64,000 nt of DNA from an uncultured Chloroflexia bacterium (GCA_963813335.1 CAWEYL010000001.1:1184001-1248000), one strand, 5' to 3'; shown: positions 30,269 through 40,385, numbered from the stretch's first letter. A program made the numbers and translations. The notes: generated by a model from the letters alone, not told the origin.

Positions 30269-33238
30269 ATGACGCGCTGGGGACGGACGATCGGGATCCG
30301 ACCCGGCGAGGGGCGGACGATCGTGCTCGTCGCATCGCTCTTCGCCGCCCTGGAGCTGGGCCGCGGCTTCGGGGAGATCGGCGTCGATACGCTCGTCGTC
30401 AAGCGCTTCGGGGCCGGCTCGCTGCCCTACCTGTTCATCGGGCTCGGGAGCGTCAGCCTCGTTGCCTCGCTCGTCTACGGCGGGGCGCTCGGCCGGCTGC
30501 CGAGGATCCGGCTCTTCAGCGGGATCATGATCGGGGCCGCCATCGCGTTGGTCGTCGAGCGGGTCCTCATCGAGACCGGGCACCCCGCGACGCTGGCCCT
30601 CGCCTATCTGACGGTCTATGCCGTCGGCGCTATCGCGGTGACGATCGTCTGGACGATGGCCGCATCGGTCTTCGACGCCCGCCAGGCCAAGCGGCTCTTC
30701 CCGCTGTGCACCGCCGCGGCGATCGCCGGCAGCTTCTTTGGCACGCTCCTGTCCGGCCCGACGGCGCGGGCACTCGGAACGCCGGCGCTGCTCGTCATCG
30801 AGGCGGTGCTGCTGACCGCGGTCGGGCTGCTGGTCGTGGCGGTCTCGCGGACGACCACCGTCCGGGTCCCGCCGCGCGGGCGCGACCGGTCGATCGTCGC
30901 CGACCTGCGCGCCGGCTTCGACGCGGTCGTCCGCTCGCCGCTGATGCGCCTCGTGGCGGTGGCGTACGTGCTGCTGGCGATCCTCGGGTCGTCCGTCACC
31001 TACCCGTTCCTGCGCGTCGCGTCCGAGACGTTCACGACGGAGGCCGACCTCGCGACCGCGCTCGGCCTCCTGTCGGCGAGCGTGACCGCGACCTCGTTCG
31101 TGGTCTCGCTGCTGGTCGCCAACCGCGTCTACGCGCGGATCGGCGTCGCCGGCGCGGCCATGGTCCTGCCGCTGGTCTACCTCGGCGGGTTCGGCTTGTG
31201 GATCGTGGCGTTCTCGATGGCCACCGCCGCCCTCTTCCGGTTCACGCAGCAGACCGCGCAGCGCGGCCTCTCGAACGCGGCCTGGAGCGCCTTCTACAAC
31301 GTCGTGCCGTCCGAGCGCCGCGCGCAGGTCCTCGCCTTCAACGACGGTGTGCCCGGGCAGGTCGGGACGATCCTCTCGGGCGTCCTGCTGATCGCGGCCG
31401 GCTCCGTCCTGGCCCGCGACCAGGTCTTCTGGCTGGGCGCCGTCACCGCGGTCGCCTGCACGGTGGTCGGCGTCGGGATCCGGCGGCGCTACGGGGCGAG
31501 CCTGCTGCAGACCCTGCGGGCCGGGCTCGGGGAGCAGGTCCTCGAAGGCGGCCCGGGCCTGGCCGCGCTCACCCGCGATCCCGCCGTCGCCGGCGCGCTC
31601 GTCACTGCGCTCGGCGCGCCGGAGCCGGGCGTGCGCCGGATGGCCGCGTCGCTGCTCGGCCGGACCGCAGCGACGGACGCCGGGGCGGCGCTTGCCGGCG
31701 CGGCGGCGGACGAGGACGCCGGGGTCCGGGTCGCCGCCCTGGGCGCCATCGCGGCCCTCGGCGGTGACGGGCTGGTGGCGGAAGCCGTCCGCGGCCGCCT
31801 GGCCGATTCGGAGCCGGCGGTCCGCGCGGCCGCCGTGCGGGCGTTGACGGCGATCGCCGTGCTCGCCGACGACCCGGCGGGCGCCGTGCCCGCGGTCACC
31901 GGCCTGGCCGACGACCACGACCCGGCGGTCCGCGCGGCGGTGGCCTGCTCGATGCTGGCGGCGGGACCGGACGAGACCTCCCTGCGGATCATCGACGAGC
32001 TGCTCGATGACCCCGACGACGACTGCCGGGTGGCGGGTCTCGACGCCATCCGCCGGGTGGGCGACCCGATACCGCTCGAGCGGGTGCGCGCGCTGCTCGG
32101 CGACCGTGCCGCGAAGGTCCGGGTCGCCGCGCTCGAGGCGTTGGCGGTGTCGCACGACGTCGGTGCGACGGTCCCCGACCTGGTCGCGGCGCTCGACGAC
32201 CCGGTCTCGGACGTCCGGATCGCGGCGGCCCGCATCCTGGCGGCCTTCGAGACCGCACCACCCGGCGTGGTCGAGGTCCTGGCCACCGATTCCGAGCGGG
32301 CGCAGGCGGCCGCGCTGGCGGCCCTGGTCGGCCACGGTCCCGAGGTGCGCACACCGGTCATCGACTGGGCCCGCGGCCGGCTGACCCGGGCCAACGACCT
32401 GCGGCGCGCACGGCTCGCGCTGTCGACCGGGGGGACCGAAGCCTCCGGCGACGCCGCCGCGACGCCGGAGACCGCCTTCCTGGTGTCGATCCTCGAGCAC
32501 CGCGAGCACGACCTCGCCAACCTGGCCCTCGGCGCCCTCGTCGTGCTCGGCGCGCCCGAGGCCGGCGGGGTGATCCGCCGCTGCCTCCGCTCGCGCGACA
32601 CGGAGACCCGGGCACAGGCCATCGAGGCCCTCGAGTCCATCGGCGACCCGCGGCTGAGCGGCGCCCTCGTGGGGCTGCTCGAGGACGCGCCGGCCGCGCC
32701 GCAGGACCGCGCTGACGCCCTGCGCTGGCTGGCCGATGATGATGACCACTGGATCGCGCGGATGGCGCGCACCATCTCGAGTGGAGGCGCGGACATGCCG
32801 GAGACGAGTCGGACGCTCGGCGACCTCGAGACGATGCTGTGCCTGCGCCGCGTGCCCCTGTTCGATGGGCTCGACCCGGAGGACCTCCAGCGGATCGCCT
32901 CGACCGCCGTCGAGCACGTCTACCCGGCCGGCGAGGCGCTCGTCCGGGAGGGCGACCTGGGCGACACGCTGATCGTGATCGTGGAGGGGTCCGTGCGCGT
33001 CGTGCGGGCCGAGCCCGACGGCTCCGAACGGCTCATCCGCACCTACGCCGCCGGCGACCATATCGGCGAGCTCGCGGTGCTCCGCGAGGCCCCGCGCGCG
33101 GCGACGGTCGTCGCCGAGGGCGACGGGGTCCGCGGGCTGGTCATCGCCGGGGACAGCCTCAAGGCGATCCTGCGCGAGCGGCCCGACGCCGCGATGGCCA
33201 TGCTCGCGACGCTCTCGGAGCGGATCAGCAGGCAATAG
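30269..33238 (+). CDS. NTT/TLC-like (MFS-fold) transporter fused to HEAT repeats and a C-terminal cNMP-binding domain
   Basis: About 12 TM helices with FDARQAKRLFPL, repeated D..VR.AA..AL HEAT units, LRRVPLF…REGD…GELAVL…PRAATV cNMP fold. Confidence 0.9.
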   Translation: MTRWGRTIGIRPGEGRTIVLVASLFAALELGRGFGEIGVDTLVVKRFGAGSLPYLFIGLGSVSLVASLVYGGALGRLPRIRLFSGIMIGAAIALVVERVLIETGHPATLALAYLTVYAVGAIAVTIVWTMAASVFDARQAKRLFPLCTAAAIAGSFFGTLLSGPTARALGTPALLVIEAVLLTAVGLLVVAVSRTTTVRVPPRGRDRSIVADLRAGFDAVVRSPLMRLVAVAYVLLAILGSSVTYPFLRVASETFTTEADLATALGLLSASVTATSFVVSLLVANRVYARIGVAGAAMVLPLVYLGGFGLWIVAFSMATAALFRFTQQTAQRGLSNAAWSAFYNVVPSERRAQVLAFNDGVPGQVGTILSGVLLIAAGSVLARDQVFWLGAVTAVACTVVGVGIRRRYGASLLQTLRAGLGEQVLEGGPGLAALTRDPAVAGALVTALGAPEPGVRRMAASLLGRTAATDAGAALAGAAADEDAGVRVAALGAIAALGGDGLVAEAVRGRLADSEPAVRAAAVRALTAIAVLADDPAGAVPAVTGLADDHDPAVRAAVACSMLAAGPDETSLRIIDELLDDPDDDCRVAGLDAIRRVGDPIPLERVRALLGDRAAKVRVAALEALAVSHDVGATVPDLVAALDDPVSDVRIAAARILAAFETAPPGVVEVLATDSERAQAAALAALVGHGPEVRTPVIDWARGRLTRANDLRRARLALSTGGTEASGDAAATPETAFLVSILEHREHDLANLALGALVVLGAPEAGGVIRRCLRSRDTETRAQAIEALESIGDPRLSGALVGLLEDAPAAPQDRADALRWLADDDDHWIARMARTISSGGADMPETSRTLGDLETMLCLRRVPLFDGLDPEDLQRIASTAVEHVYPAGEALVREGDLGDTLIVIVEGSVRVVRAEPDGSERLIRTYAAGDHIGELAVLREAPRAATVVAEGDGVRGLVIAGDSLKAILRERPDAAMAMLATLSERISRQ

Positions 33239-33247
33239 CATTCGTCG

Positions 33248-35953
33248 ATGACCGAGACCGCAGGCTCCGGCGATCCCGAGGCGCGAGGCCCGCTGCCTGT
33301 CGGCACGGTCACCTTCCTGCGCACCGACATCGAGGGCTCGATGGCCCTCGCGCGTGCGCTGGGGCCGACGTGGGACGCGGTCAACGCCGCCCACATGAGC
33401 ATCCTGCGAGGTGCCGTGGGGCGGCATGACGGTGTCGTCGTTCGGACCGAAGGCGATGCCATGTTCGCGGTCTTCCCGGAGGCCGGCGCGGCCGTCCGGG
33501 CGGCCGTCGACGCGCAGCGGGCGATCGGATCCCACGGCTGGCCGGCTGCGTCCCCCGTCCGGGTCCGGATCGGCCTCCACAGCGGCGAGGCCCACCTCGC
33601 CGGCGACGACTACGGCGGGTTCGACGTCAATCGTGCGGCTCGGATCGCTGCGGTCGGGCACGGTGGCCAGATCGTCCTCTCGGGGCCGACCTTCGAGCTC
33701 GTCGCCGACCGGCTCCCACCCGCGACGGCCACTCGGCCCCTGGGCAGATTCGTCCTGAAGGACGTCATCCGGCCCGAATCGCTCTACCAGCTCGACATCG
33801 ACGGTCTCCCCACGGCGTTCCCCGCCCTCCGGGCCGGCCGCGTCGTCGAAGGGAACCTCGGCCAGCGACTGACGAGCTTCGTCGGGCGCGATCGGGAACT
33901 CGAGGCGCTTCGTCACCTCCTTGAGCGGGCGCGCCTCGTGACCCTGACGGGGCCGGGCGGGATCGGGAAGACGACCCTCGCCACCGAGGTTGCCCGATCC
34001 GTCGAGGACGGCTACGCCGACGGGGCCTGGGTGGTGCCGCTGGCCTCCATCGATTCGAGCGATGGGGTGGCGCCCCTGATCGCGCGGACCATCGGCCTGT
34101 TCGACGGGCCGTTCCGTCTCGCGGTCGACACCCTTCCGATCTTCCTCGCCGACCGGGCCATGCTCCTCGTGCTCGACAACTTCGAACACGTCATCGACGC
34201 CGCCGATGTCGTCGGACGGCTGCTCCAGGCCTCGCCGCATTCGCGATTCATCGCGACCAGCCGCGCCCCGCTGCACATCTCCGGCGAGCACGAGTACCCC
34301 GTCGGGCCGCTGGCGGTCGGCGGCGTGGACGATGCCGCGGTCCGGCTCTTCGTCGATCGCGCGCAGGCGGTCCAGCCGGGTTGGACGCCAGGCACCGAGA
34401 CGTCCGTGGTCGAGGAGATCGTGACCCGGCTCGACGGCCTGCCGCTCGGCGTCGAGCTGGCCGCGGCTCGCGTTTCCCTGCTCCCGCTCCAGGCGATCCG
34501 GGACCGGCTCGCCGCGCGTCTGCCATTGCCTGGGGCGGGCGCCCGCGACGCGCCAGCCCGCCAGCGGACCCTCGATGGCGCCGTCGCCTGGAGCCACGAC
34601 CTCCTGACGCCGGATCTCCAGACCCGCCTCCATCGCCTGTCGGTCTTCGAGGGCGGGTTCGACCTTGCCGAGGCCGGGCCGGTCGCCCTCGACCCAGCTG
34701 AGCGATCGCGGGAGGTCCTCGACGACCTCGCCGAGCTCGTGGACCGGAGCCTCCTGCAACGCGTGCCGGAGGCCGCCGGGGTCCGCTTCCGGATGCTCCA
34801 GACGATCCAGGCCTTCGGCGCGGCGCGGCTGGCCGAGACCGATGACGAGGCGCCCGTCCGTCGCCGCCATGCCGAGACCTACCTTGCCCTCGCCGAGGCC
34901 GTGAAGGCGCACGAGGACGGGGCCGACCAGCGGGCCTGGAGGGCCAGACTTGATCGCGACGACGCCAATCTACGCGCGGCGATCGACTGGTCGATCGAGC
35001 ACGGAGAGGTGGACCTGGCGCTCCGGTTCGTCGGCGCGTCGTGGCGGTATTGGCAGTCGAGCGGCCATCTCAACGAAGGCCGGGCCCTCGCCGACCGTGC
35101 GCTCGCGATACCCGGCGCCGATGCGCCGACGACCGCGCGGATGTGGGCCGCCTCGGCCGCCGGGAGCATCGCCTACTGGCGGTCGGATTCGGCGAGCGCT
35201 GGTCGCTGGTACGAAGAGGAGTTGTCGCTGGCACGGGCGCTCGGCGACGGGGCCGGGCTCGCGGACGCGCTGTTCAACCTCGGCCATGTCGACTTCGTGC
35301 TCAACGCTCCGAGGGGCGATGCGTTCCGAGGAGGGATCGAGGAGACCGTCCGCGCATATGAGGCGGTGGGCGACGAGCGCGGCGTCGCCCGGACGCGCTG
35401 GGCGGTCGGGAACGTCCTCCTCGAGGGTGGTGACCCAGCCGCCGCGTACCAGGCCTTCATCGAGTCACGCGCGTCGTTCGAGGCACTCGGCGACGTCAGG
35501 TACGTCGCCCTATCGTCCGGAAGCCTTGCGTGGACGTCGTTCGCCCTCGGCGACATCCCCGGATCCTTCCGCTGGACCGCGCATGCGATCCGCGAGACGT
35601 ATTCCGGTGGCGACCTCGGCTCGACCACCATCTCGCTCCACATCGGCGTGCTGATCGCGGTCATCGCGGGCCGCCCGGATGAGGCCGCGCGCATCTCGGG
35701 GGCGTTCGACGCGCTGTGCGAACGGTATGGGGTGCGCCCGCCCGCCGCGTTGGAGCGCTTCCTGCATGTCCAGGACCCGTTCGCCATGGCACGGGATGCC
35801 CTGTCACCGGAGCGCTACGCCATCGAATACGCGGTCGGCCAGCGCATGTCCCTGGCCGAGGCCGTCGACCTGGTGGTCGAGCTCGCATCCACGACCGAGC
35901 CCGCGATAGCTGGCGGACCGCCGAGCGCCGGCGGCTCCCCGTCTCGTCAGTAG
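33248..35953 (+). CDS. Class III adenylate/guanylate cyclase - STAND (NB-ARC-like) ATPase - TPR protein
   Basis: TFLRTDIEGS, TEGDA, RIGLHSG, VNRAARI cyclase motifs; GPGGIGKT, LLVLDNFE, GLPLGVELAA; helical repeat C-terminus. Confidence 0.92.
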   Translation: MTETAGSGDPEARGPLPVGTVTFLRTDIEGSMALARALGPTWDAVNAAHMSILRGAVGRHDGVVVRTEGDAMFAVFPEAGAAVRAAVDAQRAIGSHGWPAASPVRVRIGLHSGEAHLAGDDYGGFDVNRAARIAAVGHGGQIVLSGPTFELVADRLPPATATRPLGRFVLKDVIRPESLYQLDIDGLPTAFPALRAGRVVEGNLGQRLTSFVGRDRELEALRHLLERARLVTLTGPGGIGKTTLATEVARSVEDGYADGAWVVPLASIDSSDGVAPLIARTIGLFDGPFRLAVDTLPIFLADRAMLLVLDNFEHVIDAADVVGRLLQASPHSRFIATSRAPLHISGEHEYPVGPLAVGGVDDAAVRLFVDRAQAVQPGWTPGTETSVVEEIVTRLDGLPLGVELAAARVSLLPLQAIRDRLAARLPLPGAGARDAPARQRTLDGAVAWSHDLLTPDLQTRLHRLSVFEGGFDLAEAGPVALDPAERSREVLDDLAELVDRSLLQRVPEAAGVRFRMLQTIQAFGAARLAETDDEAPVRRRHAETYLALAEAVKAHEDGADQRAWRARLDRDDANLRAAIDWSIEHGEVDLALRFVGASWRYWQSSGHLNEGRALADRALAIPGADAPTTARMWAASAAGSIAYWRSDSASAGRWYEEELSLARALGDGAGLADALFNLGHVDFVLNAPRGDAFRGGIEETVRAYEAVGDERGVARTRWAVGNVLLEGGDPAAAYQAFIESRASFEALGDVRYVALSSGSLAWTSFALGDIPGSFRWTAHAIRETYSGGDLGSTTISLHIGVLIAVIAGRPDEAARISGAFDALCERYGVRPPAALERFLHVQDPFAMARDALSPERYAIEYAVGQRMSLAEAVDLVVELASTTEPAIAGGPPSAGGSPSRQ

Positions 35954-36930
35954 GCCGCGAGCTTGCGGATCCCCGCGGCGATCTTCTCGGGGTCGACCAT
36001 GAACCAGTCCTCCAGGACGTGGTTGTAGGGCACCCCAGGGACCTCCGGGCCGGCGATCCGGGTCACCGGGCCGTCGAGGTAGTCGAACGCCTCCTCGGCC
36101 ACGATCGCGGCCACCTCCGCCCCGTACCCGCCGAACTTGTTGTCCTCGTAGACGATCAGGCACTTGCCGGTCTTGCGGACGCTGTCGAGGAGGGTCTCGC
36201 GGTCGAGCGGGCGCAGCGTGCGCAGGTCGATGACCTCGACGCTGATGCCGTCCTCGGCCACGCGGTCGGCGGCCTCGAGCGCGTAGTGGGCCATCAGCCC
36301 GTAGGCCACGACCGTCACCTGCGATCCGGGGTGGGTCACGGCGGCCTTGCCGAGGGGCACGACATAGTCCGTGTCGGGGACGTCGCCGCGGACCGAGCGG
36401 TACATCTTCTTGTGCTCGAAGAACAGCACCGGGTCGTCGTCGCGGATCGCCGAGCGGAGCAGGCCGCGGGCGTCGTACGGCGTGGACGGCACGACCACCT
36501 TGAGGCCGGGCACGTGGGTGAAGAACGCCTCGACGCTCTGCGAGTGGTAGAGCGCGCCGTGCACCCCGCCGCCGTACGGGGCGCGGATCGTCATCGGGAC
36601 GCTGTACCCGTTGTTCGAGCGGTAGCGCATCCGCGCGGCCTCGGACACGATCTGGTTGAACGCCGGATGGATGAAGTCGGCGAATTGGATCTCGGCGACC
36701 GGCCGGAGGCCGTTGACGGCGGCCCCGATCGACGCGCCGACGATCATCGACTCGGTCAGCGGCGTGTCGATGACCCGTTCCTCGCCGAACTCGGCCCACA
36801 GGCCGTCCGTGGCGAGGAAGACCCCGCCCTTCTTGCCGACGTCCTCGCCGAGGACGATGACCGAGTCGTCGCGGCGCATCTCCTCGGCGAGCGTCTCGCG
36901 GATGGCGTCGATGAACGTCCGGGTGGGCAT
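35947..36930 (-). CDS. bkdA2: 2-oxoacid dehydrogenase E1 beta subunit (branched-chain type)
   Basis: GEDVGKKGGVF, DTPLTE, EIQFADF, HSQS, FEHK, IDLRTL motifs. Confidence 0.93.
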   Translation of the reverse strand: MPTRTFIDAIRETLAEEMRRDDSVIVLGEDVGKKGGVFLATDGLWAEFGEERVIDTPLTESMIVGASIGAAVNGLRPVAEIQFADFIHPAFNQIVSEAARMRYRSNNGYSVPMTIRAPYGGGVHGALYHSQSVEAFFTHVPGLKVVVPSTPYDARGLLRSAIRDDDPVLFFEHKKMYRSVRGDVPDTDYVVPLGKAAVTHPGSQVTVVAYGLMAHYALEAADRVAEDGISVEVIDLRTLRPLDRETLLDSVRKTGKCLIVYEDNKFGGYGAEVAAIVAEEAFDYLDGPVTRIAGPEVPGVPYNHVLEDWFMVDPEKIAAGIRKLAAY

Positions 36931-37961
36931 CAGGGGAGCGCCAGCTCGTCGGGATCGTCGGCGTACACGTAGCGCATCGCCGTGGCCGGGTCGGGGTCGG
37001 GCTCGGATTCGGCGTAGTCGGTGGCATCCTCGACGGCGGCCTTGAGCCCGGCGGCGATCCGCTCCTCGATCTCGTCGGTCAGGACCCCGGCGTCGCGCAG
37101 CTGCTCGCGGAACCGCGGCACGGGGTCGCGCAGGCGCTCCTGCTCGAGCTCCTCGGCGGCGCGGTACTTCGTCTGCTGGTCGTCCGACGAATGGGCCGTG
37201 AGACGGGTCACCTTGGCCTCGATCAGGGTGGGGCCGTCCCCAGCCCGAGCCCGGGCCACCGCGTCGCGCGCCGCCGCGTAGCAGCCGATGACGTCGACGC
37301 CGTCGACGACGACGCCCGGGATCCCGTAGCCAGCGGCACGGTCGGCCACGTCCTCCACGGAGACCTCCATCGCCGCCGGCACGCTGATCGCGTAGCCATT
37401 GTTCTCGACGACGAACACGAAGGGCAGCTTGTGGATCGCCGCGAAGTTGAGCCCCTCGTGGACGTCGCCCTGGTTCGAGGAGCCCTCCCCCATCGAGGTC
37501 ATCGCGACCTGGCCGGTCTTGCGGATCTTGGCCGCGAGGGCGATGCCCACGGCATGCAGGAGCTGGGTCGCGACCGGCGAGCTGACGGACACGAGGTTGT
37601 GCTCGCGCGAGCCGTAGTGGCCGGGCATCTGCCGGCCGCCGGACGACGGGTCGCTGGCGGTCGCGTACTGGGCGGTCATGATGTCGCGCGCGCTCATCCC
37701 GAACGTGAGACAGGTCGCGATGGACCGGTAGAACGGCGCGATCCAGTCGTGGCCCTTCTCGAAGGCCATGGCGATGCCGACCTGGGCGCCTTCATGGCCC
37801 TGGCCGCTGATCACGAACGGGATCCGGCCCGCCCGGTTCAGGATCCACATCCGCTCGTCGACGGCGCGGGCGAGCGCGACCAGCCGGTACATCTCGACGA
37901 GGTCGGCGTCGGACAGGCCGACGGAGGCTGCCAGCGCGGAGGGTCCCGGGGTCACCGCCAT
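36930..37961 (-). CDS. bkdA1: 2-oxoacid dehydrogenase E1 alpha subunit (branched-chain type)
   Basis: GQGHEG, GGRQMPGH, TPP motif GEGSSNQG…ENNGYAISVP, RLTAHSSDD. Confidence 0.93.
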   Translation of the reverse strand: MAVTPGPSALAASVGLSDADLVEMYRLVALARAVDERMWILNRAGRIPFVISGQGHEGAQVGIAMAFEKGHDWIAPFYRSIATCLTFGMSARDIMTAQYATASDPSSGGRQMPGHYGSREHNLVSVSSPVATQLLHAVGIALAAKIRKTGQVAMTSMGEGSSNQGDVHEGLNFAAIHKLPFVFVVENNGYAISVPAAMEVSVEDVADRAAGYGIPGVVVDGVDVIGCYAAARDAVARARAGDGPTLIEAKVTRLTAHSSDDQQTKYRAAEELEQERLRDPVPRFREQLRDAGVLTDEIEERIAAGLKAAVEDATDYAESEPDPDPATAMRYVYADDPDELALP

Positions 37962-38025
37962 CGGACCGATGGGCCTCCTTGCGTCGTCGGCCGTCGCGGC
38001 GCCGGACCTCGCGGCGCCATCCCCA

Positions 38026-39468
38026 TCAGAAGTTGATCGACTGCCCGTCGACGGCCATCGCGGCTTCGCCGAGGACCTCGGAGAGCGTCGGGTGAGGATG
38101 CGTCGCGCGGCCGATCTCCCACGGCGCCGCCTCGAGCGTGAACCCGAGGCTGGCCTCCGCGATGAGGTCGGTCGCGTGCGGGCCGATGAGGTGGACGCCG
38201 ATCGTGTCGCCGGTCGAGGTGTCGGCGATGACCTTGGCGAAGCCCTCGTACTCGCCACCGATGATCGCCTTGGCGATCGCCTGGAACGGGACCTTGCCGA
38301 CCTTGTAGGGGGTGCCGGCGGCCTTGACCTGCTCCTCGGTCAGCCCGATCGACGCGATCTCCGGGCGGCAGTACGTCGCCCGCGGCTGGCTCACGTAGTC
38401 CATCTCGTGGACGTCCGTCTCGCCGGCGATCGTGTGCGCCGCGGTGATCCCCTCGTGGGCCGCCGTGTGGGCCAGCCACAGGCCGCCGATGACGTCGCCG
38501 ATGGCGTACACGTGCGGCTCGCGCGTGCGCATGTGCCCGTTGGTCTTGATGACGCCGCGGTCGGTCTCGACCTTGGTCGTCTCGAGCCCGATGTCCTCGA
38601 TGTTGGCCGCCCGGCCGGTGGCCACCAGCATCAGCTCCGCACGGAGCTCGGCCGGCTCCTTGCCCTCCGGTCCGACCATCACGCAGATCCCGTCCTTGTC
38701 GGTCGTGACCGAGGCCGGATCGAAGCGGGCGCTGGTCATGACGGTGATGCCGCGCTTGGTGAAGCTGCGCTCCAGGGTCTTGCTGACCTCGCCGTCCTCG
38801 AGCGGGACGATGCCCGGCAGGTACTCGAGGACCGTCACCTTGACGCCGACGTCGTGGAACATCGAGGCGAACTCGACGCCGACCGCGCCGGCACCGACGA
38901 TGACGATGTCGCTGGGCAGCGTGTCCATCCTCAGGATGTCGTCGCTGGTGACGATCCGCTTGCCGTCCGGCTCGAGCCCCGGGAGCGACTTCACGCGCGA
39001 CCCGGTCGCGATGATGATGTCCGTCGCGTTCAGCACGCGGTCGCCGCCCTTGCCCGGCGTCCCGTCCTCGCCCGGCTGGCTGACCCGGATCTTGCCCGGT
39101 CCCTCGAGGCGGCCGCGGCCGTCGATCCAGGTGACCTTGTTCTTGCCGATCAGCGACTTGAGCCCGGTCCACATGCGCTTGACGACCGCGTCGCGGCGGG
39201 CAGCCATCGCGGCGTAGTCGACGATCGCGTCGCCGGGAAGCTCCAGGCCGTAGTCCTTGGCATGCCGGATGCGGTCGGCGAAGGCCGCCGATTCGAGGAG
39301 CGCCTTGGTCGGCACGCAGCCGCGGTGGAGGCAGGTCCCGCCGATCTTGTCCTGGTCGACGAGCGCCACCTTGAGGCCGAGCTGGGCGGCGCGGAACGCG
39401 GCGGTGTAGCCGCCAGTGCCCGCGCCGAGCACGACGAGGTCGAAGTCATTGGAAGAGCCGACGGCCAT
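38026..39468 (-). CDS. lpdA: Dihydrolipoyl dehydrogenase (E3)
   Basis: GAGTGG, GGTCLHRGCVPTK, GAGAVG, HPHPTLSE motifs. Confidence 0.97.
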   Translation of the reverse strand: MAVGSSNDFDLVVLGAGTGGYTAAFRAAQLGLKVALVDQDKIGGTCLHRGCVPTKALLESAAFADRIRHAKDYGLELPGDAIVDYAAMAARRDAVVKRMWTGLKSLIGKNKVTWIDGRGRLEGPGKIRVSQPGEDGTPGKGGDRVLNATDIIIATGSRVKSLPGLEPDGKRIVTSDDILRMDTLPSDIVIVGAGAVGVEFASMFHDVGVKVTVLEYLPGIVPLEDGEVSKTLERSFTKRGITVMTSARFDPASVTTDKDGICVMVGPEGKEPAELRAELMLVATGRAANIEDIGLETTKVETDRGVIKTNGHMRTREPHVYAIGDVIGGLWLAHTAAHEGITAAHTIAGETDVHEMDYVSQPRATYCRPEIASIGLTEEQVKAAGTPYKVGKVPFQAIAKAIIGGEYEGFAKVIADTSTGDTIGVHLIGPHATDLIAEASLGFTLEAAPWEIGRATHPHPTLSEVLGEAAMAVDGQSINF

Positions 39469-39637
39469 GGGTCAGGGTGCCTCGGGTAGCCGGCGGTCCA
39501 GCGGCCCCGATCGGTCGTCGACGGGCCGGACGGTCGGAAGGATCATGGAGGTCGATGGTACGCGTGCGGTCGAGCGTCCCGCAACCGATGCTAGACTCCG
39601 CGCTTCGGGCGCCCGCCCGCGACACAGGAGCGAAGTG

Positions 39638-40282
39638 ATGGATCCGACGATCCTGCGCCTTGCCGTCCTGATGTTCGTCTCGTACGTCATCGGGTCGATC
39701 CCGATGGGTGTGCTCGCGGCGCGGCTGTCCGGCGGGCCGGACCCGCGGACGGTCGGCTCCGGCCGCACCGGCGGCACCAACACGCTCCGTGCCCTCGGCC
39801 GACGCTGGGCGACGATCGTCGTGGTCGCCGACCTGTTCAAGGGGGTCGTCCCGGTCCTGCTGGCGCGGGTCGTCACGGGCGGCGACCCGCTCGTCGAGGT
39901 CCTGTGCGGCAGTGCCGCCGTGGCGGGCGCCATCTGGTCGCTCTTCACCGGCTTCCGTAGCGGCCGCGGCGTCGGGACCGGCGTCGGGACGATGCTGGTG
40001 ATCCAGCCTGTCGCGGTCCTGCTGGCGACTCCCGTCTTCGTGGTCGTGATCCTGCTGACCCGCTACGTGTCGCTCGGGTCGCTGCTCGGGTCGGCCGCCA
40101 TGTTCCCGGCGATGCTGCTGGTCCTGATGGTCGTGCCCGAGACGCCGCTCCCCTACGTCCTCTACTCGGCCGTCGGAGCGGCCCTCATCTGGCTCGCCCA
40201 CGCCGACAATATCGACCGCCTGCTGCACGGCACGGAGCGGAAGTTCGACCTGGGCCTGCTGGCCGGGAAGCGGCCCGGCTGA
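39638..40282 (+). CDS. plsY: Glycerol-3-phosphate acyltransferase PlsY
   Basis: YVIGSIP, GSGRTGGTN, DLFKG, FRSGRGV, RYVSLGS, HADNIDRL..GTE. Confidence 0.92.
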   Translation: MDPTILRLAVLMFVSYVIGSIPMGVLAARLSGGPDPRTVGSGRTGGTNTLRALGRRWATIVVVADLFKGVVPVLLARVVTGGDPLVEVLCGSAAVAGAIWSLFTGFRSGRGVGTGVGTMLVIQPVAVLLATPVFVVVILLTRYVSLGSLLGSAAMFPAMLLVLMVVPETPLPYVLYSAVGAALIWLAHADNIDRLLHGTERKFDLGLLAGKRPG

Positions 40283-40385
40283 CACGGGCCCTCGAATCGG
40301 ACGATCCGGGTCGGCTGACGACCCGGATCGTCGTGTCGCGCTGGTTCGGCGGGCCGCCGGTCGGCCCGCACCGAGAGGATGAGGG

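Noticed and set aside
29633-34912. 1759-aa minus-strand ORF
   Set aside because: It is the antisense shadow of the transporter and cyclase genes, Arg/Gly/Pro-rich with no domain motifs.
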